Shown: positions 39,854 through 52,006, numbered from the stretch's first letter. The stretch is 64,000 bases of DNA from Octopus bimaculoides (GCF_001194135.2 NC_068983.1:37447098-37511097); one strand, 5' to 3'. The notes: generated by a model not told the origin, from the sequence alone. Translations and numbers: made by a program.

Positions 39854-40681
39854 TTGTTAAAATAAATACTAATATTGTAGTTGATTTAACTAACCCGCCT
39901 TCACCCCCAAAAATATTATGGTATCATGCCAATGTTAGGAATTATTGTTATTTTAGTGCAAAAAATACCACTGAAGTCAAATTGGCTTTACATTGCTCTG
40001 TAATCAAGCAAATAAAAGACCAATAGTCCAAGACTAATGGTCTTTTCTCTTACATTTGTGGTCTTCTGCCAAACATAGAAACCATTATTTTAGTATAGTC
40101 CGTGTTAAAATACCTTGTAGTGTTTGTTTAGTATTGATGCTCTGTAAAGTAGTTAGCATTAGCCATAGAAACCAAACCAAAACAGACAACTGGAGCCTGA
40201 TGCAGATCTCCAGCTTGCCAGCTCCAGTCAGACTGTCCAACCCATGCCAGCATGGGAAACAGACGTTAAATGATAATTATGATGATGATGATGACTTTAT
40301 ATATTGAAGTTAAATTCCGTTGGTAATAATGGTTCTTAGAGATGGTGGTGGGGTGTCAACTTTGTCTTGAATCCTTCAATGGTCAATAATATAAGTACGA
40401 GTTTAATACTAGGCTCAATCTAATCAACTATTCTATCCCCTAAATTTTGTGGCCTTGTATCATCATGCTGACATGGATCAGAGGGGTTATTTGCTACTCT
40501 CCTTAGATGAGTTGGCAGACTACATCTCATTCACAGGTTTCATTTTTGGTTTGGTTTCTACAACTGGATGCTTTTCCTAACACCAACCACTTTGCAGAGT
40601 GTACTAACTGCATTATATCATGATGCCAGCACTAGACAGGTTGTCACATATTCAACAAGAGTAAGGGGTCTACCTAGCCCT

Positions 40682-41100
40682 ACATCATCTTCATCATCAT
40701 TTAATGTTCGTTGTCCATGCTGGCATGGATTGGATAGTTTGACTGGGCTGGCACACTGGAAGACTGTGTCAGGTTCCAGTGTGATTTGGCATGGTTTTCT
40801 ACAGCTAGATGCCCTTCTTAACACTAACCACTCTGAGAGTGTAATGGGTGTTTTTACGTACCACCGGCACAGGTACCATTTGTGTGACACTGGGGTGTGT
40901 TTACATGCCACTGGCATGAGTGCCATTTGCGTGACACGAGTATCTGCCATGACTGCGATTTTGCTCGGCTTGATGGGTCTTCTTCTCAAGCATGACATAA
41001 TGCCAAAGGTCTTCATCATTGCCTTTGTGTGGCCCAACACTCGAAAGGAACTTAGTCACTTTGCCCCCATGAGGCCCAATACTTGAAAGGAACTCAGCCG
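40682..41100 (-). mobile_element. RTE-type 3' UTR remnant
   Basis: Reverse complement of the same tail (CCATGCTGGCATGG, GATGCCCTTCTTAA) with a (CAT)n end. Confidence 0.7.
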
Positions 41101-41530
41101 TCTAGTGCATTTCATCATGTCACCAGCACATCTAACTGTTATTGTGTTGCTCAGGAAAAAGTGGAAGAAATAATATTTCTTCCACTTCAAATTTTGGCTC
41201 ATGTTAAGAAATTTCAGGAGTGGTTAGATCGACCCATGTACTCAACTGGTACTTGTTTTATCAACCCTAAAATGAAGCATTTTGTCTAGTGTCCATTCAC
41301 ATTCTGAATCCTTATTTTGCCACTGTTAGTTTTGCCTTTCATTTTTTGGGGGTTGATATATTCTGTTGTTCACTTCTTCAAGATCTTTGGCTTTGTGCCT
41401 TTGTTAGACTTCACATACCTTTCAGCAACTCTCTTCTTAACTGCTAGTCATCCCACTTTTGTTGATATTCACCACTTCTCTCTCTTACTATTACTCATCT
41501 CTATTATCTCTTCCTATCCATCACCTGCGG

Positions 41531-41606
41531 CATCAATGAGATGTTGTCCTAACTCTAAATAAAACTGACATCAGTGAGATGTTGTAGTAACTCTAAATAA
41601 AACTGA
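41531..41606. repeat. 38-bp tandem duplication
   Basis: CATCAATGAGATGTTGTCCTAACTCTAAATAAAACTGA twice, with 3 mismatches. Confidence 0.9.
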
Positions 41607-41842
41607 CTCTAACCATTGCAACCCATTCAATCCATGCCAGCATGGAAAGTAGATGTATGATGATGATGATAATGATACCAATGACGACAACTACTACCAC
41701 CAACACTATCATCATAACCACCACCACCACCACCACCACTACTATACTCATCACTCTTTTAAATAGGTTTTTCCCACTTTGAAATCATTAAAGATATTGT
41801 ACAATTTCATTATTATTTTATTGTGTTTTATCAGAAAAATAT

Positions 41843-42805
41843 TGTTACGAACGCCAGCACGCGAAGCACCTCCTCAACCGAAGAGGGAACTCGCACGCGC
41901 GCGCGAACGCTCGTATGCTCAGTGAGTTAGCAGCTAGCCTCGGTCACCTGATCGTATGATAAGCCCCGGCTGGAGCACGTAACGAAGAACAACACAGGCA
42001 AAAGGAGGGGAGGAAGAAACAACACGAAGACCATGCGTTGGGTAACCTTTTCTTTTTACATACATAACATCACAGAATACATTTAAAACATTAGAATAGA
42101 GCATTACATAATAACAATTCCAATACATGGCATAACAGTTCAATAACGTTGACAAAGTTTCCTAACAATTACAAGCTTTTCAATCATTTTTACATCGCAA
42201 AGTTCGTGTTTCAAGTTTCATTTGACAACAAAGTTCTTCTGCTTCTTTCTTTTGTATTTCTTTTCTTTTCCTTTCTGTTAGAAGCATTTAACAACAACAC
42301 AGTTAACAACTCGGAGTTCTTTTTCTTTAAAATAATATAAAAGCATTTACCACAACGAAGTTCGTTTCCTTCAGGTCTGCTACTTCCACTGACCAAGGCA
42401 GTCTGCCACTACAATTCCGTCTCTCTCTCACTGCCTCTGTCTCTATCGGCCTCTCTCACTGACTGCCTCTGCCCATCTCCACTTCATCTCTGTCCAACTG
42501 CTTCGGACAACTGCTACCACTCGACACAACCGAGCCTGCTGGCTCCCAGAGCTCGACTGACGGCTGTCCTTGTATATCTGTTCCTTTACCCACTCCCAGA
42601 ACAAGGTCAGCCTGGTGCAAATTCATATCCTGCCTTTTTTTTTTGAACTTTCGCTGACCGGACAGGGGGCAGCTATGCTACAAATAGCTGTGGTTGCTGA
42701 TAAGACAAAGGAAATTCCATTGTCTCCAACAACCACAGCACGGGTTCAAAATCCAGCTCGGGAGACAGGGATATAGTGCTAATTGCATCCTCGGTGGCCG
42801 CATCA
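41843..42805 (-). repeat. 3' LTR (963 bp)
   Basis: About 24 substitutions plus indels of 22, 1 and 1 bp versus the 5' LTR (manual alignment); preceded on the minus strand by the PPT. Confidence 0.96.
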
Positions 42806-42820
42806 CTACCCCTTCCCTAG
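42806..42820 (-). promoter_or_regulatory. Polypurine tract
   Basis: Minus strand CTAGGGAAGGGGTAG immediately 5' of the 3' LTR start TGATG. Confidence 0.88.
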
Positions 42821-43043
42821 CTCTTTGTCGTCCCGACAAAACAAACAACATCTCCTAAATTGATTCTTTTCTCTCTCTCTCATTCCGCTTAGCAAGTGGA
42901 TCCAACCCCTGCAGGTGTATNNNNNNNNNNNNNNNNNNNNNNNNNNNNNNNNNNNNNNNNNNNNNNNNNNNNNNNNNNNNNNNNNNNNNNNNNNNNNNNN
43001 NNNNNNNNNNNNNNNNNNNNNNNNNNNNNNNNNNNNNNNNNNN

Positions 43044-45960
43044 CTCGAATCCGGTATGTCACATCGGACAGGCGATCCATCACCGTATAAGGCCCTTCCC
43101 ATGGACTCTGTAATTTCGGTGACTGTCCTCTTTTCCGCCTGGGGTTATGAAACCACACTTCATCACCCTCTTTAAAGTTGACTTCACTAGCCCGGGTGTC
43201 GTGCCGACGCTTCATTACTTCACCTGAAAACTTCAGGGCTTCTCTAACTTGCTGGTGTACCTCAGTCAGACTTTCCTGCAGATACTTCACATAGCTGGAG
43301 GTTTCCCTGGGCAGTTCCTCCCCCGGTGGTCTTCCCACTAATAGATCAACCGGGAGCCTTACTTCATGGCCCAACATCAGCTTCGCAGGTGAATAGCCAG
43401 TAGTCTCGTGTGTCGCCGATTGATATGCGAGCAATAGCGCAGGTAGCTTCAGATCCCAATCCATCTGTCCCTCTACACTATATTTAGCCAGTTCCTGTCC
43501 CAGCATCCAGTTAAATTTCTCCACCATCCCGTCCGATTGTGGTTTCATTGGGGTTGTTCTAGTTTTCTTTATCCCCAACAGCTTACAGCACTCCTGGAAC
43601 ACAGCCGACTCAAAGCTCCTGCCTTGATCAGAATGTAACTCCTGGGGAACCCCGAACCGGCAGAAGAACTGATCCACCAACACCTGCGCAACTGTTGTAG
43701 CTTCCATATCACGGATGGCATAGGCCTCGGGCCACTTCGTGAAGTAGTCCATGGCCACACATATGTACTTGTTTCCTCTTTCCATGAGTGGCAACGGACC
43801 AGCTATATCCACAGCTACCCTTTCCATGGGTACGCCCACCTGGTATAGCTGCAGAGGGGCACAACCCCGCTTCTTCGGTCCCTTTTTGGCGCAACAAACA
43901 TCACAAGAATGACACCATTCCTGGACGTCCTGGCGCATGCCCATCCAATAGAATCTATGCCACAGTCGATTCAAGGTTTTCTTCACCCCCAGATGTCCAC
44001 TGGTAATCTGGTTGTGGGCTTCTTCCAACAACTCAGGCCTCATCTTCTTGGGTATCACCAACTGCCAATACTTATTAATGCCATCTGGTGTCTCCCATCG
44101 CCTCTCGAGCAGCCCATCCTTCAGACGAAGAAGGTCCCACTGGCCCCAATAGATCTTAGTTTCAGGACTGGACCTGGATATATCCTCCCAAGATGGTCTC
44201 GCTGATCCCTGCTGCAGCCACTCTACCACTGGCCCTAAGTCGGCATCTTCCATCTGCCTCCGTTGCACTTCTCCGGTAGCCACTGATCCAGTCACCGTGG
44301 TACGTCTACACTTTTTAATGTGCCCTTCTTTTCCTGCACAATGCTTGCAGTCCGGCTCACAAGGACGACGACTCAAACCGTCCGCATTACTATGTACCCG
44401 CCCTGGACGGTGCTGTACCTCAAAGTTGTGTTGATCTAGTTTCCCTAGCCATCGTGCTAGTTGTCCCTCCGGGTTCCGCAGTGTCCTCAGCCACTTGAGT
44501 GCTGCATGATCCATTCTGATGACAAACTGGCAACCGTACACGTATGGATGGAAGAAGTCAACGCTCTTCATCACCGCCAAAAGCTCCCTACGGGTCACAC
44601 AGTAGTTCCGCTCAGGTGGACTGAGCTTTTTGCTGTAATATGCCACCACATATTCCTTGTCATCCTTCCTCTGAGACAGTACTCCGCCAATACCATGGCT
44701 ACTGGCGTCACAGTCAAGTATGAAAAGCTTGCTCAGGTCCGGGTACGGCAACACTGGAGAACTCACCAACGCCTGTCTGAGCCCGTCAAAAGCGCTCTGC
44801 GTCACAGTATTCCACTCAAACTTTTGGTTCTTCCCCAGTAGCCTGTGCAACAGTGCAGCCACTGTTGCAAAGTCTTTCACAAAACGCCTGTAATAGGTGC
44901 ACAATCCTAGGAAACTCCTCAAATCCTTTATACAAGTCGGGACCGGCCAATCCTTCACGGCTGTCACCTTGTCTGGGTCAGTACGGACACCGTCTTCGCC
45001 CACAATGTGTCCCAGGTACTTTACTTCCTTCTGAAACAGACTGCACTTCCTCGGGTTCAACTTGAGGTCTGCAGTTCGAAACCTCTCAAACACACCTGAT
45101 AACCTTTCCAGCTCCTGATCAAACGTCCGACCGAAAACTATCACGTCATCAAGGTAGATGAGGGCAGCCTGCCAGTGAAGGCCCTCCAGTACTCGGTCCA
45201 TGAGACGCTCGAAAGTTGCAGGGGCGTTACATAAGCCGAATGGCATCACTTTGAACTGCCACAAACCCCGTCCGTATGAGAATGCAGTCTTCTCCCTATC
45301 CTTTTCAGCAACCTTGATTTGATGGTATCCGGCTTTCATATCCAAGTCTGAGAACCACCGAGCTCCCGCCAAAGCATCAAGCGTGTCGTCAATTCTTGGT
45401 AGAGGATACGCATCCTTAACCGTCACCTCATTCAGCGCTCGGTAATCCACACAGCATCTCACCGTGCCGTCTTTCTTCCGTACTAGAATAACTGCTGAGG
45501 ACCAGGGACTGTTTGACTTTTCAACTACTCCCTGTCGTCGATACTCCTCCATCACTTCCTCCATTTCCCGCCGCTGAACTGGAGCCATCCTCCTAGCTGG
45601 TTGCTTGATCGGGCGATGGCCGCCCGTGTCGATATGGTGCTCCACCAGGTCCGTACATCCAAGGTCTAGATCTCCTGCAGAGAACACATCAGCATACTTC
45701 ACTAGTAGCTTCCTCAATCGCGACACCTGAGCGCCATCTAAGCTCTGGCGGCTCCGTGCGAACAGATCTTGCAAATGCACAGGCAGATTACCACCTCCTT
45801 CCACTACTCTCCTGCAGTGACGCAACTGCCCCTGCCGCTGGTCCACTGCCTGGCACAGTCCCATGATTTGCCCTTTACAAATCTTCTGTGCCACTGCAGA
45901 AGAATTGGCTGCTACATCCAGCACTTTGTCAGCTCCTGCTTCCAGGGTTCGTCCAGCTGA
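43044..45960 (-). CDS. pol: Gypsy Pol: reverse transcriptase, RNase H, integrase with GPY/F module (3' end runs into N gap)
   Basis: Within ORF 42889-45999: RT (CVDYRALN, DAYPLPRIDD, MPFGLCNAPATF, YLDD); RNase H (CDAS, ERNY..RRELLAV, MDH, ADGLSR); integrase HHCC (H..SGHLG..CHSC) and D-D-E (VDIAG, SDQG, GMVEKFN); SPWEGPY. Confidence 0.95.
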
Positions 45961-46330
45961 CAAGCCATGGACGTCAAGTAGTCCAATCCCAAAATGCACG
46001 AATCCTCCATTTCAACTACGTAAACAGGAAGCACAAATTCCAATCTGGCAACATCAATCCGGACATTAACTGGCCCTCTCAGCTCAGTGCACACCACACA
46101 ACTCCGGTCACACCACACAACTGCTGCGATGTCTCCGACAGCTCCAGATCCTGCAACACATCGGACCTCACAAAAGTCTGTCCCGAGGCCGAATCGATCA
46201 CTGGAGAACACGTCCGGCCGTTGACTTTTCCGTTCACTCGTAGGCTGTCAATCACAGACCCTGCACGCCATCTCAAGTGTGGGGCTTCTTTGGAACGTCT
46301 GGCTGATGGTTGCCCCTCAACACCAGCTCC
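45955..46330 (-). pseudogene. Disrupted aspartic protease of the Gypsy element
   Basis: Active-site motif reads VIDSAS instead of D(S/T)G(S/A); the C-terminal ILGLDYL motif lies in a different frame after a duplicated 14-mer (46090-46103 and 46109-46122); a further frame change occurs after CQLD into the pol frame. Confidence 0.8.
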
Positions 46331-47237
46331 TCTTCGTTTTCCGACTCTATTCCTTGTTGGGCAGTCACAACTCAGGTGTCCCTTTTTCTTACAACACCAA
46401 CACTCGCCCTTGAAAACAGATCCTGCCCCATCGTTCTGTTTCCACTCTCGCCGCCAACTGTAGCAGTCTCGCCACCTGTATCCGCCTCTCCCACAGTGCC
46501 AACAACACACACCAGTCGTCTCCTCATTCCGCCTACTAAGTCCTTCAACTTCACGGACTTTTACCCTCCGTGCCTTGAATCCGGAGCTTCCACTCACTCG
46601 TAAATTTNNNNNNNNNNNNNNNNNNNNNNNNNNNNNNNNNNNNNNNNNNNNNNNNNNNNNNNNNNNNNNNNNNNNNNNNNNNNNNNNNNNNNNNNNNNNN
46701 NNNNNNNNNNNNNNNNNNNNNNNNNNNNNNNNNNNNNNNNNNNNNNNNNNNNNNNNNNNNNNNNNNNNNNNNNNNNNNNNNNNNNNNNNNNNNNNNNNNN
46801 NNNNNNNNNNNNNNNNNNNNNNNNNNNNNNNNNNNNNNNNNNNNNNNNNNNNNNNNNNNNNNNNNNNNNNNNNNNNNNNNNNNNNNNNNNNNNNNNNNNN
46901 NNNNNNNNNNNNNNNNNNNNNNNNNNNNNNNATCACGTGATGACGCAGCAACAGCAACCACTTCAGGTTTAGCAACCTCAGGCTCGGCAGCACAAAACTT
47001 CTCAACGCGCTCCGTCCTCTCATTGGGCCTTTCGATCTGCTGCTTACAACATACGACATCACTACTCAGTCCACGGAACTCCACCCTAAACTGCCGGTGA
47101 TCCTCCCGCATCTGCTGTTGTTCTTTCCTGAATTCAGCGAAGCTCTCCTTCTGCTCTTCCAGCATCTTCACAATCAAAGCCAGGGATACTTCCTCCCTCC
47201 TAGCCTGACCCTTCGCACACGCACCTTCCGAAGCCAT
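46330..47237 (-). CDS. gag: Gypsy Gag (interrupted by N gap 46608-46931)
   Basis: ATG at 47237 (MASEG...) just downstream of the PBS; coiled-coil-like N-terminus; two CX2CX4HX4C-type knuckles after the gap (CWHCGRGGYRWRDC with H>Y, and CWCCKKKGHLSCDC). Confidence 0.8.
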
Positions 47238-47270
47238 GACGAACAACCAACTCACTGCAGCAATTTATAG

Positions 47271-47288
47271 ATCCCACTTCTGACACCA
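47271..47288 (-). promoter_or_regulatory. Primer-binding site complementary to the tRNA-Leu(CAA) 3' end
   Basis: Minus strand TGGTGTCAGAAGTGGGAT, 3 nt downstream of the 5' LTR; the plus strand ATCCCACTTCTGACACCA matches the conserved 3' 18 nt of eukaryotic tRNA-Leu(CAA) including CCA. Confidence 0.88.
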
Positions 47289-47291
47289 ATT

Positions 47292-48230
47292 TGTTATGAA
47301 CGCCCGCACGCGAAGCACCTCCTCAACCGAAGAGGGAACTCGCGCACGCGCGCGAACGCTCGTACGCTCAGTGAGTTAGCAGTTAGCCTCGGTCACCTGA
47401 CCGTATGATAAGCCCCGGCTGGAGCACGTAACGAAGAACAACACAGGCAAAAGAGGGGAGGAAGAAACAACACGAAGACCATGCGTTGGGTAACCTTTTC
47501 TTTTTACATACATAACATCACAGAATACATTTAAAACATTAGAATAGAGCATTACATAATAACAATTCCAATACATGGCATAACAGTTCAATAACGTTGA
47601 CAAAGTTTCCAAACAATTACAAGCTTTTCAATCATTTTTACATCGCAAAGTTCGTGTCTCAAGTTTCATTTGACAACAAAGTTCTTCTGCTTCTTTCTTT
47701 TGTATTTCTTTTCTTTTCCTTTCTTTTAGAAGCATTTAACAACAACACAGTTAACAACTCAGAGTTCTTTTTCTTTAAAATAATATAAAAGCATTCACCA
47801 CAACGAAGTTCGTTTCCTTCAGGTCTGCTACTTCCACTGACCAAGGCAGTCTGCCACTACAATTCCGTCTCTTTCTCACTGCCTCTGTCTCTATCGGCCT
47901 TTCTCACTGACTGCCTCTGTCCATCTCCACTTCATCTCTGTCCAACTGCTTCGGACGACTGCTACCACTCGACACAACTGATCCTGCTAGCTCCCAGAGC
48001 TCGACTGACGTCTGTCCTTGTATATTTGTTCCTTTACCCACTCCCAGAACAAGGTCGGCCTTTTTTTTTTAACTTTCGCTGACCGGACAGGGGGCAGCTA
48101 TGCTACAAATAGCTGTGGTTGCTGATAAGACAAAGGAAATTCCATTGTCCCCAACAACCACAGCGCGGGTTCAAAATCCAGCTCGGGAGACAGGGATATA
48201 GTGCTAATTGCATCCTCGGTGGCCGCATCA
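47292..48230 (-). repeat. 5' LTR (939 bp)
   Basis: Direct repeat of 41843-42805; on the minus strand it starts TGATGCGGCC and ends TCATAACA; adjacent to the PBS. Confidence 0.96.
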
Positions 48231-48559
48231 ATATTAAAATATACAACTACTTATCCACAAGACTGCTACACTTTGAAACTTAACATGATCAAACATACTT
48301 AGAAATTCTTGCTAATGGCATCATTTGAAAATTTACTTCCTTTTTAATAAAATTCCACTCATGTCTTTGATGTAATTAATACTTTGTGGAAAGATTCCTT
48401 GCAGATATAAGCTTCGGTTACTTATCAAATTAACCTTTAAGTAAGTTATAACATGACTAAACACCTTCACAGCTAAAGCCACTCTCAGCATTTACCATTT
48501 TCTTCTTTGGTCATGTCAGTATTATCAATCAAGGAACTATAGGAAAGAAAACAACAGAT

Positions 48560-49600
48560 TAAATTTTTTGTGTCATTTGACTGCATCCTTTTGCATTCCG
48601 AGTTCAAATCTTATTCAGGCTTCCAAGGTCAGTAAAATAAGAACCATTAGTTATACCTCCTCAAGATCTATAATCCATTAATTAAGGTTGATCTGATATT
48701 TGCACCTGTGTATGAAAACCTAAGGAAGTTTTCTTTTTTTCATTAAGAAGACTGGCTGCTTATCAATGCATGCAAGTCCCTCCTCTATGCCACTGATGTT
48801 GTCCAAAGAAAAGGCCATTGGTTTAAAACCAATACAACTTGGCATCATTGCTATCAGACCTCAAAGGGATCAGATATTATCAGCCCTGAAAGGATGCAAA
48901 ACAAAAAATTACTTTGGTAGGAATTGAACACATAGTGCAGAGAGGTGATACACAAAAGAAGTCTCTTGTTGAGTGACTTAAATATAAAAATGAGTGAAAA
49001 TTTGAAGCAGAACTTTTCACTGTCCAATAACATGAAGGAAATGACCATTTTCCTGGGGGATTGTTCCAATATTTCAGCAAAGATAAGGTGGTGAGCTGAC
49101 AGAATCGTTAGCACGCTGGACAAAATGTTTAGTGGCATTTTGTCAATCTTTACATTCTGTATCCAAATTCTGCTGGAGTCAACTTTGCCTTTCATCCTTT
49201 CGGAGTCGATAACATTGGTACCAATTGAGCACTGAAGTTGATTTAATCAACTGCCAAATTTGAGACCAATATCTGAGCAAAGATGATGATTATCAGAAAG
49301 ACTAGAAGAAAAGAGTAAATTTTTTGTGCCATTTGACTACATCCTTTTGTATTCTGAGTTTGAATCCCATTCAACATTTCAAGGTCAGTAAACTAAGTAC
49401 TAATCAAGTATTGCAGTTAATATACCCGCTCAAGACCTATAATCTTTTTGTGGAACTTCCATCAATTATAGTTAACCTCATATCTGCACTACTGTGTGCA
49501 GGCCTGAACAAGGTTTTTTTGGGGAAGACTGGTTGTTGGCCATGCATGCAAGGATCTTGATTCTACACCTTTGATGATGTTCAAAGAAAAAAACCCAGTG
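48560..49600 (+). repeat. Two diverged copies of a ~290-bp interspersed repeat (about 48560-48830 and 49320-49600)
   Basis: Shared TTTTGTG.CATTTGACT.CATCCTTTTG..TTC.GAGTT, CAAGGTCAGTAAA, CTCAAGA.CTATAATC, GAAGACTGG, ATGCATGCAAG. Confidence 0.7.
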
Positions 49601-51120
49601 TTGTCACAGGCATTACTGTCAGGATGCAAAGGACAGGATCAGAGACATAAGAATTCCCATCCAACACCCTAAAATATCTGCCAATCCACTGTCTTAGATT
49701 GTTCCTTTTTTTTATTGGCCCTGAAAGAATGCAAAGCAAAGCTAACTTACAAGAGGGTACTGGAATGTTCTTAGCTTTGGGTAAAAGAAAATATAGATGG
49801 ATCAGTTATGATTTTATTCAATATATTCCCTTCTCAGATTCACACACTTATTGCAACAGTCTTTCAGTTTTTCCCTGTAAAAGAACTTGGAAAGTTGGGC
49901 CTCCAACCAGGCCCTTTGTAATACCCTTAAAGCCAGGAACTTTTCAGTAACCCCTCATAAGGTTACTTATGTAACCTTATGAGTGCAGAGAGTTAAGGCA
50001 AATACCACAAGGCATTTTATTTAGTGCTCTACTGACTCTGCTATTTGGCCATCTTTCTCTAATGTTGTATTTGTGTTAAAAATAATAATAATTATTATTA
50101 TTTAAGCAGTACAAAGCGGCAAGTTGGCAGAATCATTAGCATGCTGGACGAAATGCTTAGCAGTATTTTGCCTGTCACTATGTTCTGAGTTCAAATTCCA
50201 CTGAGAGTAGCTTTATCTTCCATCATTTTTGGGATCAATAAATTAAGTACCAGTGAAACACTGGAGGCGATGTAAATGACTAGTCCTTTCCCCGACAATC
50301 TCAGGAATTGTGCCTATTGTAGAAAGGATTATTATTTAAGCAATACAATAAATTAATTCACAAAAGTGTGTAGTTATATTGCAAATTCAAGGTTTTTAAT
50401 TTAATACATTAGACAATAAGTGTTTTAAACTGATATGTTTTGAAATTAAAGATTTTGGTAATGGTGGCTGCTATTGTTTAACTTCATATCAAGCCTGATG
50501 AATCAGAACTCTGATCAGAAGCATTCCAGATGTGTTCATCCCAGTTTTTTGTTTTCTTTTTAAAGCATAGTGTATCTAGGACTACATCCAAATGGCTATG
50601 AAAATGTTTTCCTAAGGCGGCCCAATCGATGCAGAAGTAGGGTTGCCTTATAGCTATTTGAATGAAACACCTAGAAGAAGTAATATTTATCTACTAAACA
50701 AATATTTCCATGATATCGTGATGTTTTTCAGTGCCTGACTCATCCCCGATCCACATGATTATAAGAGTTGTAAGTTTAAAATGTTGCTGGAAGAAGTTCA
50801 GATAACTATTGCATTTACTGATAACATCATATGAAATTTGTACGATGCATGTGCCAGAAGCCAGAAGTTATATTCTTGTCAAAACATGAGCAGTAAAAAC
50901 ACATGACCTGCCATAACTGAACAGAAATAGATGCATGCTATCATCATCATCATCATCATTACCACCACCACCACCACTGTTATCATCATCATCATTGGTT
51001 TATGTTTACTCTCAAATTCCTTCAACTCCCACCATCAAATGCAGTGTAAAGTCATAGCCAGGACAATTATTAAATATTTAGTTCATTCATAGTGCTTTGA
51101 CAGTAAATAGAATATTATTA

Positions 51121-51271
51121 TAGAAAGTTAAAGAAGTGATGTTTAAATTCTCAATCGCAGAATAATGCTAATAATATAGCCTGAACAGGATAAACTATCC
51201 CTGTTTTGCAGAGAAAAGTGTAGGTGACTAGATGCAATTGAGAATTTAAACATCACTTCTTTAACTTTCTA
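51121..51271. mobile_element. TA-flanked MITE with perfect ~35-bp TIRs
   Basis: Perfect 38-bp inverted repeat at 51118-51155 and 51237-51274 including the flanking TA; small internal hairpin AACAGGATA..TATCCCTGTT. Confidence 0.8.
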
Positions 51272-51362
51272 TAAAAAAGACATCTCAACGCTTCTAAAAG
51301 CAAGCTTCGCTTGTTTGTTTACGTTTGTCGTAATTTGTATTTAGAATATTATTATTATTATT

Positions 51363-51773
51363 CGAGAAGACCCGGCAAGCCAAGTAAGATCGTTACCAGT
51401 GCCCCTGGACTGGCTCTTGTGCGGGTGGCACATGAGATGCACCATTTTGAGCGTGGCCGTTGCCAGTACCGCCTGACTGGCTCCCGTAGGATTTTCGAGT
51501 GAGATCATTGCCAGTGCCCCTGGACTGGCTTGTGCGGGTGGCACATAAAAGACACCATTTCGAGCGTGGCCGTTTTCGTGCGGGTGACACGTAAAAGCAC
51601 CCACTACACTCTCTGAGTGGTTGGCGTTAGGAAGGGCATCCAGCTGTAGAAACTCTGCCAAATTAGATTGGAGCCTGGTGTTGCCATCCGGTTTCACCAG
51701 TCCTCAGTCAAATCGTCCAACCCATGCTAGCATGGAAAGCGGACGTTAAACGATGATGATGATGATGATGATG
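51363..51773 (+). mobile_element. Young 5'-truncated RTE copy (last codons EKTRQAK*, 3' UTR, (GAT)n)
   Basis: Starts GAGAAGACCCGGCAAGCC; has internal repeated units; 51523-51773 differs from 2379-2628 at about 2 positions. Confidence 0.85.
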
Positions 51774-51952
51774 TCTTGTGTCCATATTATCTTTATTTTG
51801 TTAATTATTAAGTTTGCATACAGCAGCTGTCCCTAGGTAAATCTCTGATCACTTCTCAGTCTTTTCTTTTATGTGATTTACCACCAAGTGTTTCATTCAC
51901 AAAAACAAGCTTGTATCTTGTCTAGTCATTCTAAGCTCTTGCAGTTACAGTT

Positions 51953-52006
51953 GGACTATGATCTACTGATGAGGTCTAGAAGACTGAAACATGTCTACAG
52001 TTGTCC
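51953..52006 (+). ncRNA. Minimal type-I hammerhead ribozyme motif (Penelope/retrozyme-like)
   Basis: CTGATGA (51966-72), helix II GGTCT-AGA-AGACT, GAAA (51986-89), palindromic helix III ACATGT, GTC cleavage triplet (51993-95), imperfect helix I GGAC..TCTA / TACAGTTGTCC. Confidence 0.65.

Larger units (their letters stand above)
41843..48230 (-). mobile_element. Ty3/Gypsy LTR retrotransposon, near full length, defective copy
   Basis: Two LTRs with TG...CA ends; 4-bp TSD ATAT at 41839-41842 and 48231-48234; PBS and PPT in the expected positions; domain order gag-PR-RT-RH-IN; GC- and CpG-rich relative to the AT-rich flanks; two internal N gaps. Confidence 0.97.

Noticed and set aside
41934-42396. 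Short ORFs duplicated at 47376-47844
   Set aside because: They lie within the LTRs; the duplication reflects LTR identity, not genes.
42806-43043. env-like or chromodomain ORF after integrase
   Set aside because: Only about 240 nt including a 123-N gap separate integrase from the PPT; there is no room or motif, although the true gap size is uncertain.
43569-46603. Plus-strand and alternative-frame ORFs overlapping pol
   Set aside because: These are antisense or shadow ORFs expected in GC-rich coding DNA and have no motifs.
50494-50525. CTGATGA followed by a hairpin as a hammerhead
   Set aside because: No GAAA follows helix II; it is part of another interspersed repeat.
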